Position numbers and translations under genes: made by a program. The notes under the pieces were generated by a model. The model was given only the letters and a program-made list of their open reading frames with translations, was not told where the DNA came from and made no database searches. A stretch of DNA of 63,453 bases, filler included, from Parasitella parasitica NRRL 2501 (taxonomy: Eukaryota; Fungi; Mucoromycota): assembly GCA_025201805.1 (NCBI GenBank). It is 9 parts of 9 records of this genome, joined end to end, with 100 filler letters (N's around TTAATTAATTAA, not from the genome) between each part and the next. Parts side by side here need not be neighbours in the genome. Positions count along the whole stretch, not along the records: positions 30,879 to 44,806 come from MU619299.1; positions 44,907 to 47,101 come from MU619410.1; positions 47,202 to 49,353 come from MU619509.1; 6 more parts are not named here. One strand, 5' to 3'. Below, in pieces: positions 36,922 to 49,453 of the stretch; the stretch's first letter is position 1, and each line of letters starts with the position of its first letter.

Positions 36922-37266
36922 CTAAAGAAAAGATGGTACGTTCATTCCTATCTCAAACGCGTGCTGCTTAAGATAGGTATACATTTTATATTGAAGAGCA
37001 AAAAGAGGAGAATCAGTTGGAGCCTCTGCCAAATAAGATTGAACATCAACGATCAAGTTCAAAAGACTATCATCCATGATGTCAATTTCTTGTTCTTGCT
37101 GTTCTTGCTGATAGTAATCTTGATACTCTGCTTCATTCACTGCTTCGACCATGACTTGGTCATATTCATTGAAATAATTCAGCTCTGATTGGTATTCATC
37201 AGCAGTGAATTGAGGCAATTCAGCTTGGTCATTCAAGATGACATTGTTAGTAAGGCTTATGGTCAT
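36922..37266 (-). CDS. Hypothetical acidic 114-aa protein
   Basis: ATG-initiated ORF with coding-like composition between AT-rich flanks. Confidence 0.65.
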   Translation of the reverse strand: MTISLTNNVILNDQAELPQFTADEYQSELNYFNEYDQVMVEAVNEAEYQDYYQQEQQEQEIDIMDDSLLNLIVDVQSYLAEAPTDSPLFALQYKMYTYLKQHAFEIGMNVPSFL

Positions 37267-37683
37267 TAGATATTTATAAACTGAAAACGAGAGTGTGCAA
37301 GTACTGATAAAAGTCTCCTGGTGTGTTTGTTGTTGAATACAAGGAGAGAGATATAATGATTGTAGATGTTTGATAAAGATGACTATTTTTTCTTTCTTTT
37401 TTTTTAACTGCCCAAATCAATTAAAAAAGCAAGAGAGAAAGATAGAGACTTTAACCAAAATAAAGAGAGACTTGTGAATAAAAGTTAAAGATTAAAAATA
37501 AAAATAAAAATGAGAGAGAAAGAGAACGAGAAGGGCGTATTCCAAAGGTTTATAAAGCACTAAAATAGCTGTTCTATAGTCATGGTAGTACTGAAATATA
37601 GCCCGTTAAAGGGGTATTAAACAAGAGGATTTCACGTGCGATATTGAATGATATTGTTATTGTTTATATTGTATATATTTACA

Positions 37684-38449
37684 TTAGAGATAATTAGATT
37701 TCATTGATGTTTTGGGCAAGTCACCCAAGCTGTTTAGCTGTTGGCCTAAACGAGTGGCATAAGCATTGACAATAGATGCACAATAGATCTGTATGAGATT
37801 TCCGAGAAACACGACCGTGCCACCTGCAATAAGGATTTGTTTGGTTGCTGTATGACAATCTTCTGGCTGCAGCAAACCCTGTTGGTCTGACGCCATTATA
37901 GTGCTGCTGTCAGTCAAATAATGTCGGCATCCGTCAATGATGCTGTTTTGATGCACCAGCAAGATAATCCAAATTGTGCTAGACGAAACCAGAAGCAATA
38001 TCACCACTATCCAATACAAGAAGCGAAATATATTTATCTTACTCCTATTTTGCTATTGGTGGCCTTCCACATTAGTACATGAAAACACAATCAATAATTA
38101 CATATATGATATACCGTAATGCCACCAATGACGCCAAATAACGAACCGGCTGTGTAAAGACCAACAACAGACATCAGACTCCAATACACAGCTGGGGCAG
38201 CTGATAGATCTTGCAATTTATAGACCACTTCTGTGTTGATGAATAATATGAAAGCTGTAGAGAGTGAATAAAGCTTACCTTGACGTTTTTCAAGCAGCCA
38301 TAGCAGAATGCCAAAACAAAAAGCCTATATATTCAATTGCTGTCAATATTATTTACTCGATATAAGCATGTGTTTATGAGCGTACAGAGGAGCTAGCAGC
38401 AATAGTAGTAACACTGGTTCTACAAAAAAAAGATGGCAAGAAGGTTCAT
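37684..38449 (-). CDS. Hypothetical ~4-TM membrane protein; multi-exon, apparent homopolymer frameshift in exon 1
   Basis: Hydrophobic exons (AFCFGILLWLL; VVGLYTAGSLFGVIGGI; YWIVVILLLV; ILIAGGTVVFLGNLIQIY) joined by GT-AG introns, with a paired-Cys loop. Confidence 0.65.
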
Positions 38450-39802
38450 TTGGTGACAGATCAGTATACGCTTCTTCACGACCACTTACCTCAGAGAAAT
38501 ACAAAAACAGTAATTGCTGAGCCCCATTGTTTTCATTGAGAAGCAAAGAGAGATAGAAGTGATAAATTCGGGATCAAAACATTTTATATTTCTGTAATAC
38601 AAAAGACAACCATTGTTAAACAAGCAAATTCAGTGTGTAACCATTCAACATTTCATTCTTGTTATACTCGCAACTTCTTTGTTATGTATGTTAGTCTAAT
38701 CGAAACCGAAAATAACAATATTACTATTTTTATATGCAGCAAAGTGAGGGTAAAATAACTAGCTTTACATACACCAAATTGTATTTGAGAAGCATCAAAC
38801 TTCTTTATCTCTGGACAAAAGCACTGCCAAAATGAAGTGGAATCATCCAATACCGTTGCAAGCTTTCATCTAATACACTCAAGGAACGTGAGCATATCCA
38901 GGTCGCCATACGCTGAAGCAATTAGTTATTTCGTTCAGCTTGCCAATGAAAGCCATGACTAATAAAAAGAGAATGCTGTTGAGTTTTACAAAGCTAACCT
39001 TGATTGTTCACCAATATTGACAATATATCACGTAGTTTGTAGTTTAGCGAGGTAATATATGATTTTTACAAGTAATTTCATAGTAGATTTTTGAAATGCT
39101 CTTCAATAGGAGCGTATTCAACCTGCAATAGAAAAGTCGAATATTTCATAAGTATTTAATATAGACCAAATTTCACTTAAATGGGTAATTAGTCAAACTG
39201 GGCTTGGCCAAACTGGCCCAAATTTCATTTCAACAAACTTATGCCTCAGTTGAACCGACTCAATTTGACTTGCACTGGTCCAAGAATTTGACTTTGGCTA
39301 GCCCAAATGCGACTTATCCTTCCGTTGAACTGTCTTAATTTGACTAAAGCTTTGCTTAATCTAGTCCGATTGTACGTAAACTGGCATAACTACACTTGCT
39401 ATCGTCCAAATGTGGTTTAACCAAATATTACAGTTAAGCTGGCTTAAGCGGGCTTAATTTCACTCTTAAGTTGGCCATTTGTATATTGTAAGTTTTGTAC
39501 AGTACGTGATTATGATTGTACTTTTGTACAAAGACCGTTGATTACTTGTGCATTTCTGTCATAGAAATAAAATATAGTGTACCTATATTAAAAGCATTTT
39601 AGCAGAATGCATCAGACACAGCCTCGATTTTGACTCCAAGCTTGCTGTATTGAGAGAAAATATTAACAAGATCAAGTATCGCAGACAAGTTCCAGCACAC
39701 TCGTTACAGTCACGAAGTTTAGGCTCTTTAAAATCACCTGTCAAAATAGGGGACCCCTCATCAAAACCAAAACAATTCATTTGCTTTTAATAACTCTATA
39801 CA

Positions 39803-40203
39803 ATGGACGATACACTCGAGCAAGTTCGTGAAAAATGTGCGCTTCAACTTGAAATGTATCAAAAATGCGTAGAAAATTATCCTCATTCATGGGATAAGAG
39901 CTGCATGCAGCAAAAGAAGTCGTTAACCAAATGCTCAGAAGACAAGTAAGTTTTCTACAAAGACAAACACGGGGATTTTAACCGAGATATCTTAGTGTTG
40001 GTATTTTGAAATTTGTTAAAGAACATTGCTCAATGCAAATCAATGCTTATGATAGATGTTTATCTGCAAATTCAGAAAAGCCTGATGAATGTGTTCAAGT
40101 GCTGAAGGAGCTTTATTTCTGCACAGAAGCAACTTCTCTAAGATATCGTGATCAAGAAAAGGAAAAACAAGAGGCATCTGCTGCTGCCATTGCCAAGCAG
40201 TAA
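39803..40203 (+). CDS. MIX14: Double twin-Cx9C mitochondrial IMS protein (MIX14/CHCHD5-like); 2 exons
   Basis: Four Cx9C motifs: CALQLEMYQKC, CMQQKKSLTKC, CSMQINAYDRC, CVQVLKELYFC. Confidence 0.82.
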
Positions 40204-40282
40204 TAGACTATGCAATAAATTATAAGGACTTGTACATACGCTTATTTTCTGCTGTTTATTGTGTCTATTACGGATGATGTGC

Positions 40283-40585
40283 TTAAACATGGATATCTTT
40301 CACACCGTTTTGCGTATATGTTTCGAACTGCTTTCTCCCTTTTCTAAGCATGTATTCAATTGTTGCAAATTCTGATTTTCGAATGTTGTGTTCTTTGAAC
40401 TCTTTTCGTATAAATGCATGAAATCGAGGCCTTGTCTCCTAAATGTAAAAACATGTCAGGAATATTGTTTATTATGGAAGATTTATAAACGTTACTGCAG
40501 GTTTCTGTCTTGCTGCTTTAAAGCATTGTCTATAAAAATTGATTACTTCGTTTTGCAACCCTGATCTCTTTAATGGTGATGGCAT
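40283..40585 (-). CDS. SDH6: Succinate dehydrogenase assembly factor 1 (LYR family); 2 exons, absent from the ORF track
   Basis: KRSGLQNEVINFYRQCFKAARQKP/ETRPRFHAFIRKEF...FATIEYMLRKGEKQ. Confidence 0.9.
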
Positions 40586-40889
40586 CTTTTTTGGTTATAA
40601 TTACAGGCGTTAAAAAAGAATGAGAATGGGGTCAATCTCATTTGAGATTTTGAACAGTGACGCTGTAATGACGCTAAAGAGGCTCAATCGCGGCCATTTA
40701 ATCCACAAGCATCAAACTCAAGCTACGAATATCATCATTTATTGTTAAATCAGCATCAAGTTTGTATCATTTGATAAGAACTCGTATTGAGGGTACTAAT
40801 TCTGGAGTTAGATGTAGACTCATGATAATAATAAGGGCGTAGTTGAATTAATTGGCCAAGAGCTTATACTCAAATCACTGTAATCGGAT

Positions 40890-42021
40890 TCATGTCGATA
40901 GCCTTACATGTCCATGTCCACGTCTCGGCGATGTTTCTTCCAACAACTAATCCACTAAAATTCAACTTATCCCAGCACGATCCCCAACACGATTACACCT
41001 CCAATACCACCTAAGCACCCTCCAATGATGGGTTTCTTATGTTGATTGAGATCGCCGCCCTGTGTTGCAGTATCTTTTTGCGCATCTTGATTTAAACTAG
41101 AAGACATTGTTGTTATGGGTTTAAATGTGGAGCAAGTCATTTTTTTTTGTAGTCGACGAACAGATCCTTGTTGAGGCTGTAATCAAAACAGTGGCAGATG
41201 AGGTTGAAGATGAAGAAGAGAATGTGGATTCAGAAAGAGTCATTGTTTCCGGTGCAAAAGTAGGACTAGTAGTAAGAGATTTAGTATCGTACGCCATATA
41301 TGTTTTTGAAGTTGTAAAAACTAGTATACATGGAGTCTGGCGTTTCGGACGTAACAGAAGCAATTCCATCAGATGTTGTAGTTGTAGCCGTAATAAAAGT
41401 GGTGGTCTTTGAATCTGATGTTAACGTTGTAAAATTATATAGTGCATCTGTGATTACAATTTTTTTTTAAACTCAAAACGTCATAAGTTGAGTTTTTGGA
41501 TATGTAACTGTGGTTGTTGAAAGTGCAGTTCCTTGATAAACAATATTGATTAGTTTATATAATTCTGAATGAATATCACATCCAAAAGAATACCACCTGT
41601 TATGCTCGTTGATGGGTTGTCCGCCAGCATCTTCATTATTTGTTGTGGCATTACCATCTACATCAGACGCCAAAAAAAAAAGTAAAAAAAAGTTAAAACT
41701 ACCACCATGTTGTTTCAGAGCCGCTCGATAAAGATATAACCACGCATGTCTCGAAAGAGATGTGTTGGAAACCAATGACAGCAAAAATCAGATATACATA
41801 CTACCATCCTCGTCTACTACAACAGTAGCTTCATTATCAAAGCCGCCGCCGTCGGTCAAAATAGTATCATCGGCATGACTGCCAGAAATTGAGTCGTCGC
41901 CATCTTTATCGCTGTCATCATATGCAATGGTTGTATCGTCTACGCTGCAGGTGCTATTCTCTTCGTTAGCATTTTGATCATCACGTTTGTTTTTTTCGTT
42001 TCTCAATGTTCTTAAGTGCAT
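40890..42021 (-). pseudogene. Degenerate Ser/Thr-rich single-pass membrane protein gene
   Basis: Acidic and S/T-rich fragments followed by a TM-like KPIIGGCLGGIGGVIVLGIVLG; in-frame stops and frameshifts. Confidence 0.4.
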
Positions 42022-42587
42022 AATAATTATGATAAGTTAGTAAGAAAGAAGAGCATTCAAATGCTTCTTTAGCATGAGGAGATGTTTCTTGTCAAAAGCG
42101 AGAGATCAAACTATTTAAATACATGCATCGAGTAGCCAACAAAAAACGAGTGAAAATAAGCAAGAAGCACATGTGAGATATATTCTTATGTATTGCATTT
42201 TCAGTTGCTTGATTAATTGTCATTTCAAAGGGGTATTGACCTGACTTAATTAATTTGATGGACTTTGTACAGTATTTCACCCTTAAATTTCATAACTATT
42301 TGCTTTTGCTTTAGTGAAATGTATAACCAAGCAAAAATCCCTAGAAAAACGGAAATAAAGCCAGAATTTTTTTGAATGATCAATTTCACAATGAATTCTA
42401 TACTTTATAGACTTTTATTTAATTATTGTTCAGGCAATGAATCAGAGAAAAAGGAAGATAAAAATTTAGGTAAATAAGAAATCGTTTATCGTTTATTATA
42501 TTTAAAATAGAGGGTTTATAAACTTTCTAAGAGCTGAGGGAGCTGATGTCAGGATAAACTTTTTAAAGGTGAGTTTTAGAAGATGTA

Positions 42588-42854
42588 TGTTGTGCCACTG
42601 TAAAAGGGTGCAGCGAAATGTTGTTTAAATGTTATATGAAAGAAGTAATAAAGGCTTTTTCTGAATAAAGCCAGATACAAAACTAAAACTTTTATTGACA
42701 TAAGATATGATCTCTATTTATACTAAAATATATCCCAATCAATGTTTATTCACATAACATCTGATGTTTGGCAAGAAATGTCAAACCTTATTAAATCACG
42801 GCATTCCCAGGAAAAACCTATTTGATGTATCAATTCTAAAACCGGATGTCAATA
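42588..42854 (-). mobile_element. Diverged LTR fragment related to the 43568/54251 solo-LTR family
   Basis: Same terminus TGTTGTGCCA and colinear blocks CCAGATACAAAACT, TTTATTGA, TCTATTTATA, TGTCAAAC, ACCTATTT. Confidence 0.6.
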
Positions 42855-44177
42855 CAGGGTGTTTCGAAATTATTCACGCACTTTTTGAAAAAAATTTCAA
42901 GCAGTTGAAAAAATAAAAATCAAGCACTAACTAAAAAAAATTTCAAGCATTAATAAAATAAAAATTCAAGCACAAAATGAATAAAAAATCATGCACAACG
43001 TTATTACGTTTACTTAACTTTTATTTTCCTAAGAATTTCTTAGTTACTTTCAGATGTCCACAATTTATTTTGGCGATGGTAGTGGGAAGTTAACTGGCTT
43101 TTGTAGATATTCAGTAGGGAAATTTGATGATTATTGTAATAAAAAGTGTAAAACAACAATAGGTACAATTTAATTCCCTCTTTATTTTTTGGAATAAGAT
43201 AACGTGCAAAGGTTAGACATTTCTACTCTATTTATATTCGTTGTTGTAAACGGTCTGTCTGTCAGTTATGCCGTAACTGTCAGTCAGGTTTTTCTGTATT
43301 TGATTTTACATAATCAAGTACGGTATTCTAATATCGATGTTTCTGACACATTTGTAAATAACATGCATGGACCAGTCCTTACATTGGTCTATGCGTTCCA
43401 AATGTGGTTTGTGGTTCGATTTCTTTTAGTTGGTTATCAATCGTTTATAAATGCTTCGCGGTTTCACCGCTAGATATTTAGGTAATCTGTTTATTAGCTT
43501 GATTTGGAATCTCTAAGGTAGTTCCGTAAGAGATGACATTCAATTACTTTTTGTGGGAAGTTCTATCTGTTGTGCCAGGTCTTGAAATTGAGCACAGCAG
43601 GTGATTGTATATGATATAAAAATATAAGAATGTAATAAAGACTTCGTTTACCAGATACAAAACTGTTGATTTATTGATTGACAAGAAGCTGTCTATTTAT
43701 ATTGGAATAAATCTATCTAAATCAATCTATAAAATACAATCAGGTCATGTTTGACATTTAATTGTCAAACAAGATTATAACACAGTAGTAGTCAGAGCAA
43801 GACCTATTTCTATATTTAATCAGCTAATCGTTATGAATGTGAATCATTCATCGATAAGTTGAGCTTCGCAATTTAGAGTAAGTAGAACCCAAATAGATGG
43901 TTTCTTATACAAGACATTCTATTGAATACTTCTATTTACTAGATAGAATAATCGATGCCATTTAACCTTAGATCCGATTAGGAACGGTTGCCATGACAAC
44001 TGAGTTGAAATAGTGGTAACCATGGTATTCTATGGATACAACACTATCACTTCAGCACAATTATTGCTTAAACAGAAAACCTATTTAATAAATTTTAATG
44101 TGCTTGATTTTTTTTCATTTTGTGCTTGAACTTTTATTTTATTAATGCTTGAAATTTTTTTTAGTTAGTGCTTGATT
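42855..44177. mobile_element. TIR DNA element (left end TA|CAGGGTG), right end truncated
   Basis: 42918-42997 is an inverted repeat of 44099-44177, built from repeated TCAAGCA motifs. Confidence 0.7.
43568..44043 (-). mobile_element. Solo LTR (476 bp) with 5-bp TSD CTATC
   Basis: TGTTG...CAACA ends; CTATC at 43563-43567 and 44044-44048; near-identical copy at 54251-54730. Confidence 0.93.
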
Positions 44178-44599
44178 CAAGACGTTTCCTGATCTGCCAT
44201 AATTATAGATAGGAGATCATGGCAATGTACTTCAATTGAAGATTGAAGATTGTCCAATGATGTGATGTGATACGCTTGTGTAAATTGGAGAATAAAGTCT
44301 CTGTTTCAAATCAAGAAGGTTATTCCTGTAAGTAACACAGATCTGAGCACCAGGATAAAGGTTAAGGCTCTGTCAGATCAAAGACGTGTAGCCCTTGCTG
44401 TATAACCTCATATCGTACCCTGTCAAGTAGATTGTCACTGTGAATTAGTCTTTTCAATTAGTAATCTAAATAAGTCGCCATAAATTTATGTAGTTGTAAA
44501 AAGTATAAATAGCAGATGCAATTTCGATCTTAAATAAAGTATCTTTAGTTTTCGTATCTCGTTAACCTTTGGTTTTTTTATTATCTTTTTGATCCAACA
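44178..44599 (+). mobile_element. Probable LTR fragment
   Basis: TATAAATA followed by AATAAA and a T-rich tract ending in CCAACA; 5' end unclear. Confidence 0.45.
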
Positions 44600-45699
44600 T
44601 TTCCGAAGCGGAAGCGAGTAATGTGATAAATGCTCTCAGAGCCACGCTTTATTTTTTATAAATATAATAATAACCAATAAAATCCCTTTCTTTCTTATAT
44701 CTTTCAAATCCTATAGCACTATGGCCTCCTGGATGTTCTCGGTGAACACAAATGTGCTCAAAAGGGAACATTATTAGGGTCATGGGAGCATTTATGTGCT
44801 TGTGAGNNNNNNNNNNNNNNNNNNNNNNNNNNNNNNNNNNNNNNNNNNNNTTAATTAATTAANNNNNNNNNNNNNNNNNNNNNNNNNNNNNNNNNNNNNN
44901 NNNNNNTTGGTGATGAATCAATCACTTATTCTATTTTTAGTGATTGTTTTTAAAGTTTAGTGATGAATAAACGTCTGATTGCAATTTCTTGAGCATAACG
45001 TCAATGGAAAATGGTTCGCGAAAAACTAAAAGGGAGTTCTAATTGAAGCTTACGATGTTTGAGTGATTGAGTTCTACATTTTATGTGTAAAATCTAATCA
45101 CTGGTGCTTATTTTGGACACCTAGTTGCTAAAGCATCACCAGTAGTTAGGATTTTATCACACAAGTTGGCCATGGTGTCTTGACTTGATGCTCAGACGTA
45201 GGGAACTTGGGAATTCTATTTTTCTTACGGCTGTGGTAGTTAAGCAAGTAGTCAACAGCTGGTAGCTTTAAAGAGCTGCCTGCTTCCTTTAATGCCATGA
45301 CAACCTTGATGACAAAGTATATGAGCTTGACATGAGAGAAATGGTGTTTGTAGCATATTTCTTTTTATTTTTGAAGCTCAGTAGGATATTGACAGTTGAT
45401 GTTTAATTTCTTGATGTTATTATGGTCGAATTGGTGGAAAGGGTTCAAAATATGGAATGAAAGGCTCTCAATTTGGATTTCATCTAATTAACAATAGCAA
45501 TAACAACATATATATCTTTCTTACGACAAACTCAACAAGAATAATGTCAACAAAATCATCTCTTCAATCACATTCTTTTATTTTATTTTATTTTATTTTA
45601 TTTTAATTCCTTATCATATTCAAGCATCTGCCGCACAGATTGCAACATTTTCTAGTTAGTCATTTAGTATAAATATCTCTTTCAATTGCAAGATTCTAA

Positions 45700-46711
45700 T
45701 AAAGAAGTAACATTCGATTCTTATATTTTTTTTTGCTTATTGGTTTCATTTGACAAGACAGCATTTGGTGTTAAATCCTGTGTTGCTTTATTATTTGTAA
45801 GTTACATGATGATAACAGAGAGGATCAACTGGATGATGTTTATTAACATAGCTCTAATTCATTTCGTAATTTTTAGCTTGTTAATTACATCTGAATCCAT
45901 AATCTCTCAAGTTAAAAGATTACCACCTGATCAAACCGATCATATCGCGAACAGTTCTCCAATATCCGTTTCAAGCTTTATCTTTTCCTCCGATATTAAT
46001 TGAGCAACCATCAAAGAAAGCAATCAAAACGAGTTCGAGCATGTTTCTAAAAGGGTCACAAACGTTCTTAATACCAGCTTCTTCTTCAAGATCATTGTGC
46101 AAAGCTTCAGGGATAGAACTATCGATGAAGTGATTCATATTAAAATCAGCAAGAGAACCATCATTACAATTAAAATTCAATAAGGCTTGCATTCGAGAAA
46201 GAATATCAGGATAATCATTGTCATTGGAAAGGTTTGGATTGACTTCTTCAGTCTCTTCCTCAGGAACAGAACTATCATCAGGAAAGTAGTAATCAAATAT
46301 CTGGTGAATAGTTTCTTCTTCTGAATGAGGGCTGAAATTTTGATAGCTTAGTTAGTATGTGAAATTAAACTTCTGCCCTACATGTCCTACTTACTTTGTT
46401 TCATATACTTTGTTTCTTGAATCTTCTTCACTTGAGTATTCTTGAATTGAGCAAAATTGAGCTTCATGATGGTTATTGTTCAGGGCGTTAGGATAATTAT
46501 AGATAGAAGAACTTTGAGAAGCTTCACTAGCAGTATTGGGTTTGTTCCTTTGAAGGATGCCGGTAAGATCGTGCTCCTTGTTTTGCTGCAAATGCTTTCT
46601 TAGGCTGTCAAAGCTGGCATACGACTTCTTGCAAAGCTCACAGGTAGTTTCTGTGTTCGCTTCCTTACTGAAGTTAATTCTTGTGATATGTTTCTTGTAG
46701 TTATTTCCCAT
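45700..46711 (-). pseudogene. C2H2 zinc-finger N-terminal gene, degenerate downstream (likely transposon-associated)
   Basis: CELCKKSYASFDSLRKHLQQNKEH; intron near 46395-46348; later frames break. Confidence 0.5.
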
Positions 46712-47201
46712 ATAATTATTATATATTTTATAAGCGGAGGAGAAAAAGATACTTTTGTTCTAAGTACTTTTTATATTTTTTTTTCTGCATGAATTTTGCC
46801 TTCACGGAGCCTCATTTCTGGGAAACGGTATAAAAGGGCATTTTTTTCCTGGCATCAAGCTTTCTTTTTTTTCCTTTTTTCTTATTGTTTCAGTAAAAAT
46901 GCAAAGCAAAGTAAGTTGGAAACAATTTTATTTTCTAAAGGTTTTTTGGAAAGATGATGTGATAATAGTCCAAAGTGTTTAAATCATTTTGTTTTTAAAA
47001 TATAGTATTAATATCATTGTATCTAATTCTCTAATCGTATCCGTATGGATCATAAGCAAAGCTAGACATTCTCTTGGCTTGGTCTCTTCGTGACAATTAA
47101 ANNNNNNNNNNNNNNNNNNNNNNNNNNNNNNNNNNNNNNNNNNNNTTAATTAATTAANNNNNNNNNNNNNNNNNNNNNNNNNNNNNNNNNNNNNNNNNNN
47201 N

Positions 47202-48571
47202 TGTTTAAATAAAGATTCACAAAATGCATGCCATGAGACCTGTTTAGCGCGGCGTAGGGCCTGTTTGAATTGTTGATGAGCTTGTTGATGCTGTTGCCAA
47301 AAATACGCCTTGTCGAGGGAACGTGGACAATGACGGTATCGGCGATACATCGATTCGCGATGATCTGCTAGCCGTTGAAGATCAGGCGTCCAGAACTTTT
47401 TCCAGTTAGATGAGCGCTGTGTCTGGCGCGTGGCCGAGGCATCAAGGGCATCGTAAATGCATTGATTCAGCTGGCTGTTGAGGGAGTCAATGGGAGGCAT
47501 GGTAGCAGGAGGGGAATTGACAAGGGCGATCAATTTCGCCAACAGAGGCGCCGACAAAGATTCAAACTTTTGAACATATAGGTTGTGGATGTCCAGTTCC
47601 TGCAGGCGAGAGAGCTTCCAGAGAAGCCGAGGTGAGGAAGTCACTTGTCGAGGAGGGGCAGCGTCAACAGAGTGATAGTCAAAAGACAACGACATCAGTT
47701 TATGGTCAGATCCCAGGGACAAGTCAGAGCAAATACTAATTTTTGGGGATGAAAGAGATGAAGATGAGGTACCCAGAGAGGCAGAAGACAATGACGCTAC
47801 ATTTGTGATGTAGTAATCGACAATGCTACTTACATTCTGCCCACGACGACGATCCTCGAGAGTAGGTGTGCCGTGGGCTAATTGACAGTTCAAAATGTTT
47901 AAATCGTTGTCGGCACAGTATTCTTGTAGAAGATTGCCTCGAGAGTTTGTCGCATAGTCACCCACAAAGCTACCCATACGAGCATTCAGATCGCCACAGA
48001 TGATAGTATCATGATCCAGCGGGATCGCGTTCAAGATGGTAGAGACATCAGCCGTATATAAACCATTCTGCTCCGGAGGGATGTAGAGACAGATGAGCCG
48101 TAGCTCACGTCCCAGTTGAATCCCTAAGGCAAAATCATGCAAGGCAGGCGGCAAAGGCGTTTGAAACGCAGTAAGAGGACAGGAGGGATGGACCAGACAA
48201 GACACCCCCCTAGAACCTCGTCCACCACCAGCGACAGTGATCCCAGGCAAGTGGAATTGCTGCCATGTGGTAGGGATACGGATTGGAAGACGATGGAGCC
48301 ATGTCTCCGTGATAAAGAGGACCGAGAAGGATTGACAATAACGGAGGACATCATCAATTGTGGTGTCTCGAAGACCACGAGCGTTCCAGAGACCAATTGT
48401 GAGTGGAGTAAGGGAGGCGCTATTAATGACGGTGGCCGTAAGGCCGGGAGGAGTTGTAGGATTATTATGAAGGAAAGTATTAGTATAAGTAGTAGTATTA
48501 GTAGGAGTAGTAGTAGCAGCAATGTTGGGGGACGTGGTTAGGTTATAATGACTGAGTGTGGGCTCAATCAT
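47202..48571 (-). CDS. LINE ORF2 N-terminus: APE endonuclease (truncated by contig end)
   Basis: IGLWNARGL, LFITETW, IICGDLNAR, SIVDY, GSDH. Confidence 0.93.
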
Positions 48572-49332
48572 TATAACATTTCCACCTCGGTGTCGTCATC
48601 CATGGTAGCATCAGCATCCCGAGGCCTACGGAAGCCGAAGAGACCTTCCTCAGGAGCCAAAGCTTCAATGTCCTCAGAGGTGACATAGCCTTCAGTTTGA
48701 AAAAAGGCAGCAACGGAAGCAAAGAGGCGAGGACGGCGAGAGGCAAGATAGCGCAGCGACTGCGTACAGCGCTTGATGTGCAGCTCAAAAGCGATGTCTT
48801 CCCGCTCAGTGGTAGACAGCGCATGGTACTTTGGGTCTGCCACATGTTGAGGGTCAACTGGATCAAACTTATCCAGGACAGCAACTTTGCTCTTGGCCAG
48901 CAGGTCCAAGAGAGTATCCTTGTATTGGACATGGATCAGGATACCGATGACATTGCGAGCAGGGAAGGTAACATCAATGATGCGGGATGCCTCGGCTCCG
49001 ATCAGATGCAGGTTACGACGAACTTCGGTGCGGGTAAAGCGGCGAGAACGGTTGATATAGACGCTGTGGTAGCCTTTGGGGCCCTCAGCTTGGGCATTGA
49101 AGCCGCGGGTGATGGCGGCACGATGTTTTTCGGTAACATCAGAAGGGTTTTTGACCTTGTTTGATTTGGGCTTCTTTTGGACAACTTCTGTCCAAGTGGA
49201 GACGCTGGGTGCTGCCCTGCTGGGTTGCGCTTGCTGATTGGGTACAGAAGTGGTTGGGTTGCGTTTGACAGCGGAGGGGGAAGCAGTAAGATCGGCAATC
49301 TGTTTACGAAGACTGGCATTTTCTTGGGTCAA
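48571..49332 (-). CDS. LINE ORF1 (partial at 5' end)
   Basis: Coiled-coil start, TWTEVVQKK, RRFTRTEVRRNL..IIDVTFPARNVIGILIH; its TAA overlaps the ORF2 ATG. Confidence 0.8.
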   Translation of the reverse strand: MTQENASLRKQIADLTASPSAVKRNPTTSVPNQQAQPSRAAPSVSTWTEVVQKKPKSNKVKNPSDVTEKHRAAITRGFNAQAEGPKGYHSVYINRSRRFTRTEVRRNLHLIGAEASRIIDVTFPARNVIGILIHVQYKDTLLDLLAKSKVAVLDKFDPVDPQHVADPKYHALSTTEREDIAFELHIKRCTQSLRYLASRRPRLFASVAAFFQTEGYVTSEDIEALAPEEGLFGFRRPRDADATMDDDTEVEML

Positions 49333-49453
49333 AGAAAAATTTTTGTTTTTCAGNNNNNNNNNNNNNNNNNNNNNNNNNNNNNNNNNNNNNNNNNNNNTTA
49401 ATTAATTAANNNNNNNNNNNNNNNNNNNNNNNNNNNNNNNNNNNNNNNNNNNN

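Noticed and set aside
39803-40585. Functional mitochondrial gene cluster (MIX14, SDH6, with NFU1 and CMC4)
   Set aside because: Only two genes are adjacent; the others are far away on a different contig, consistent with chance.
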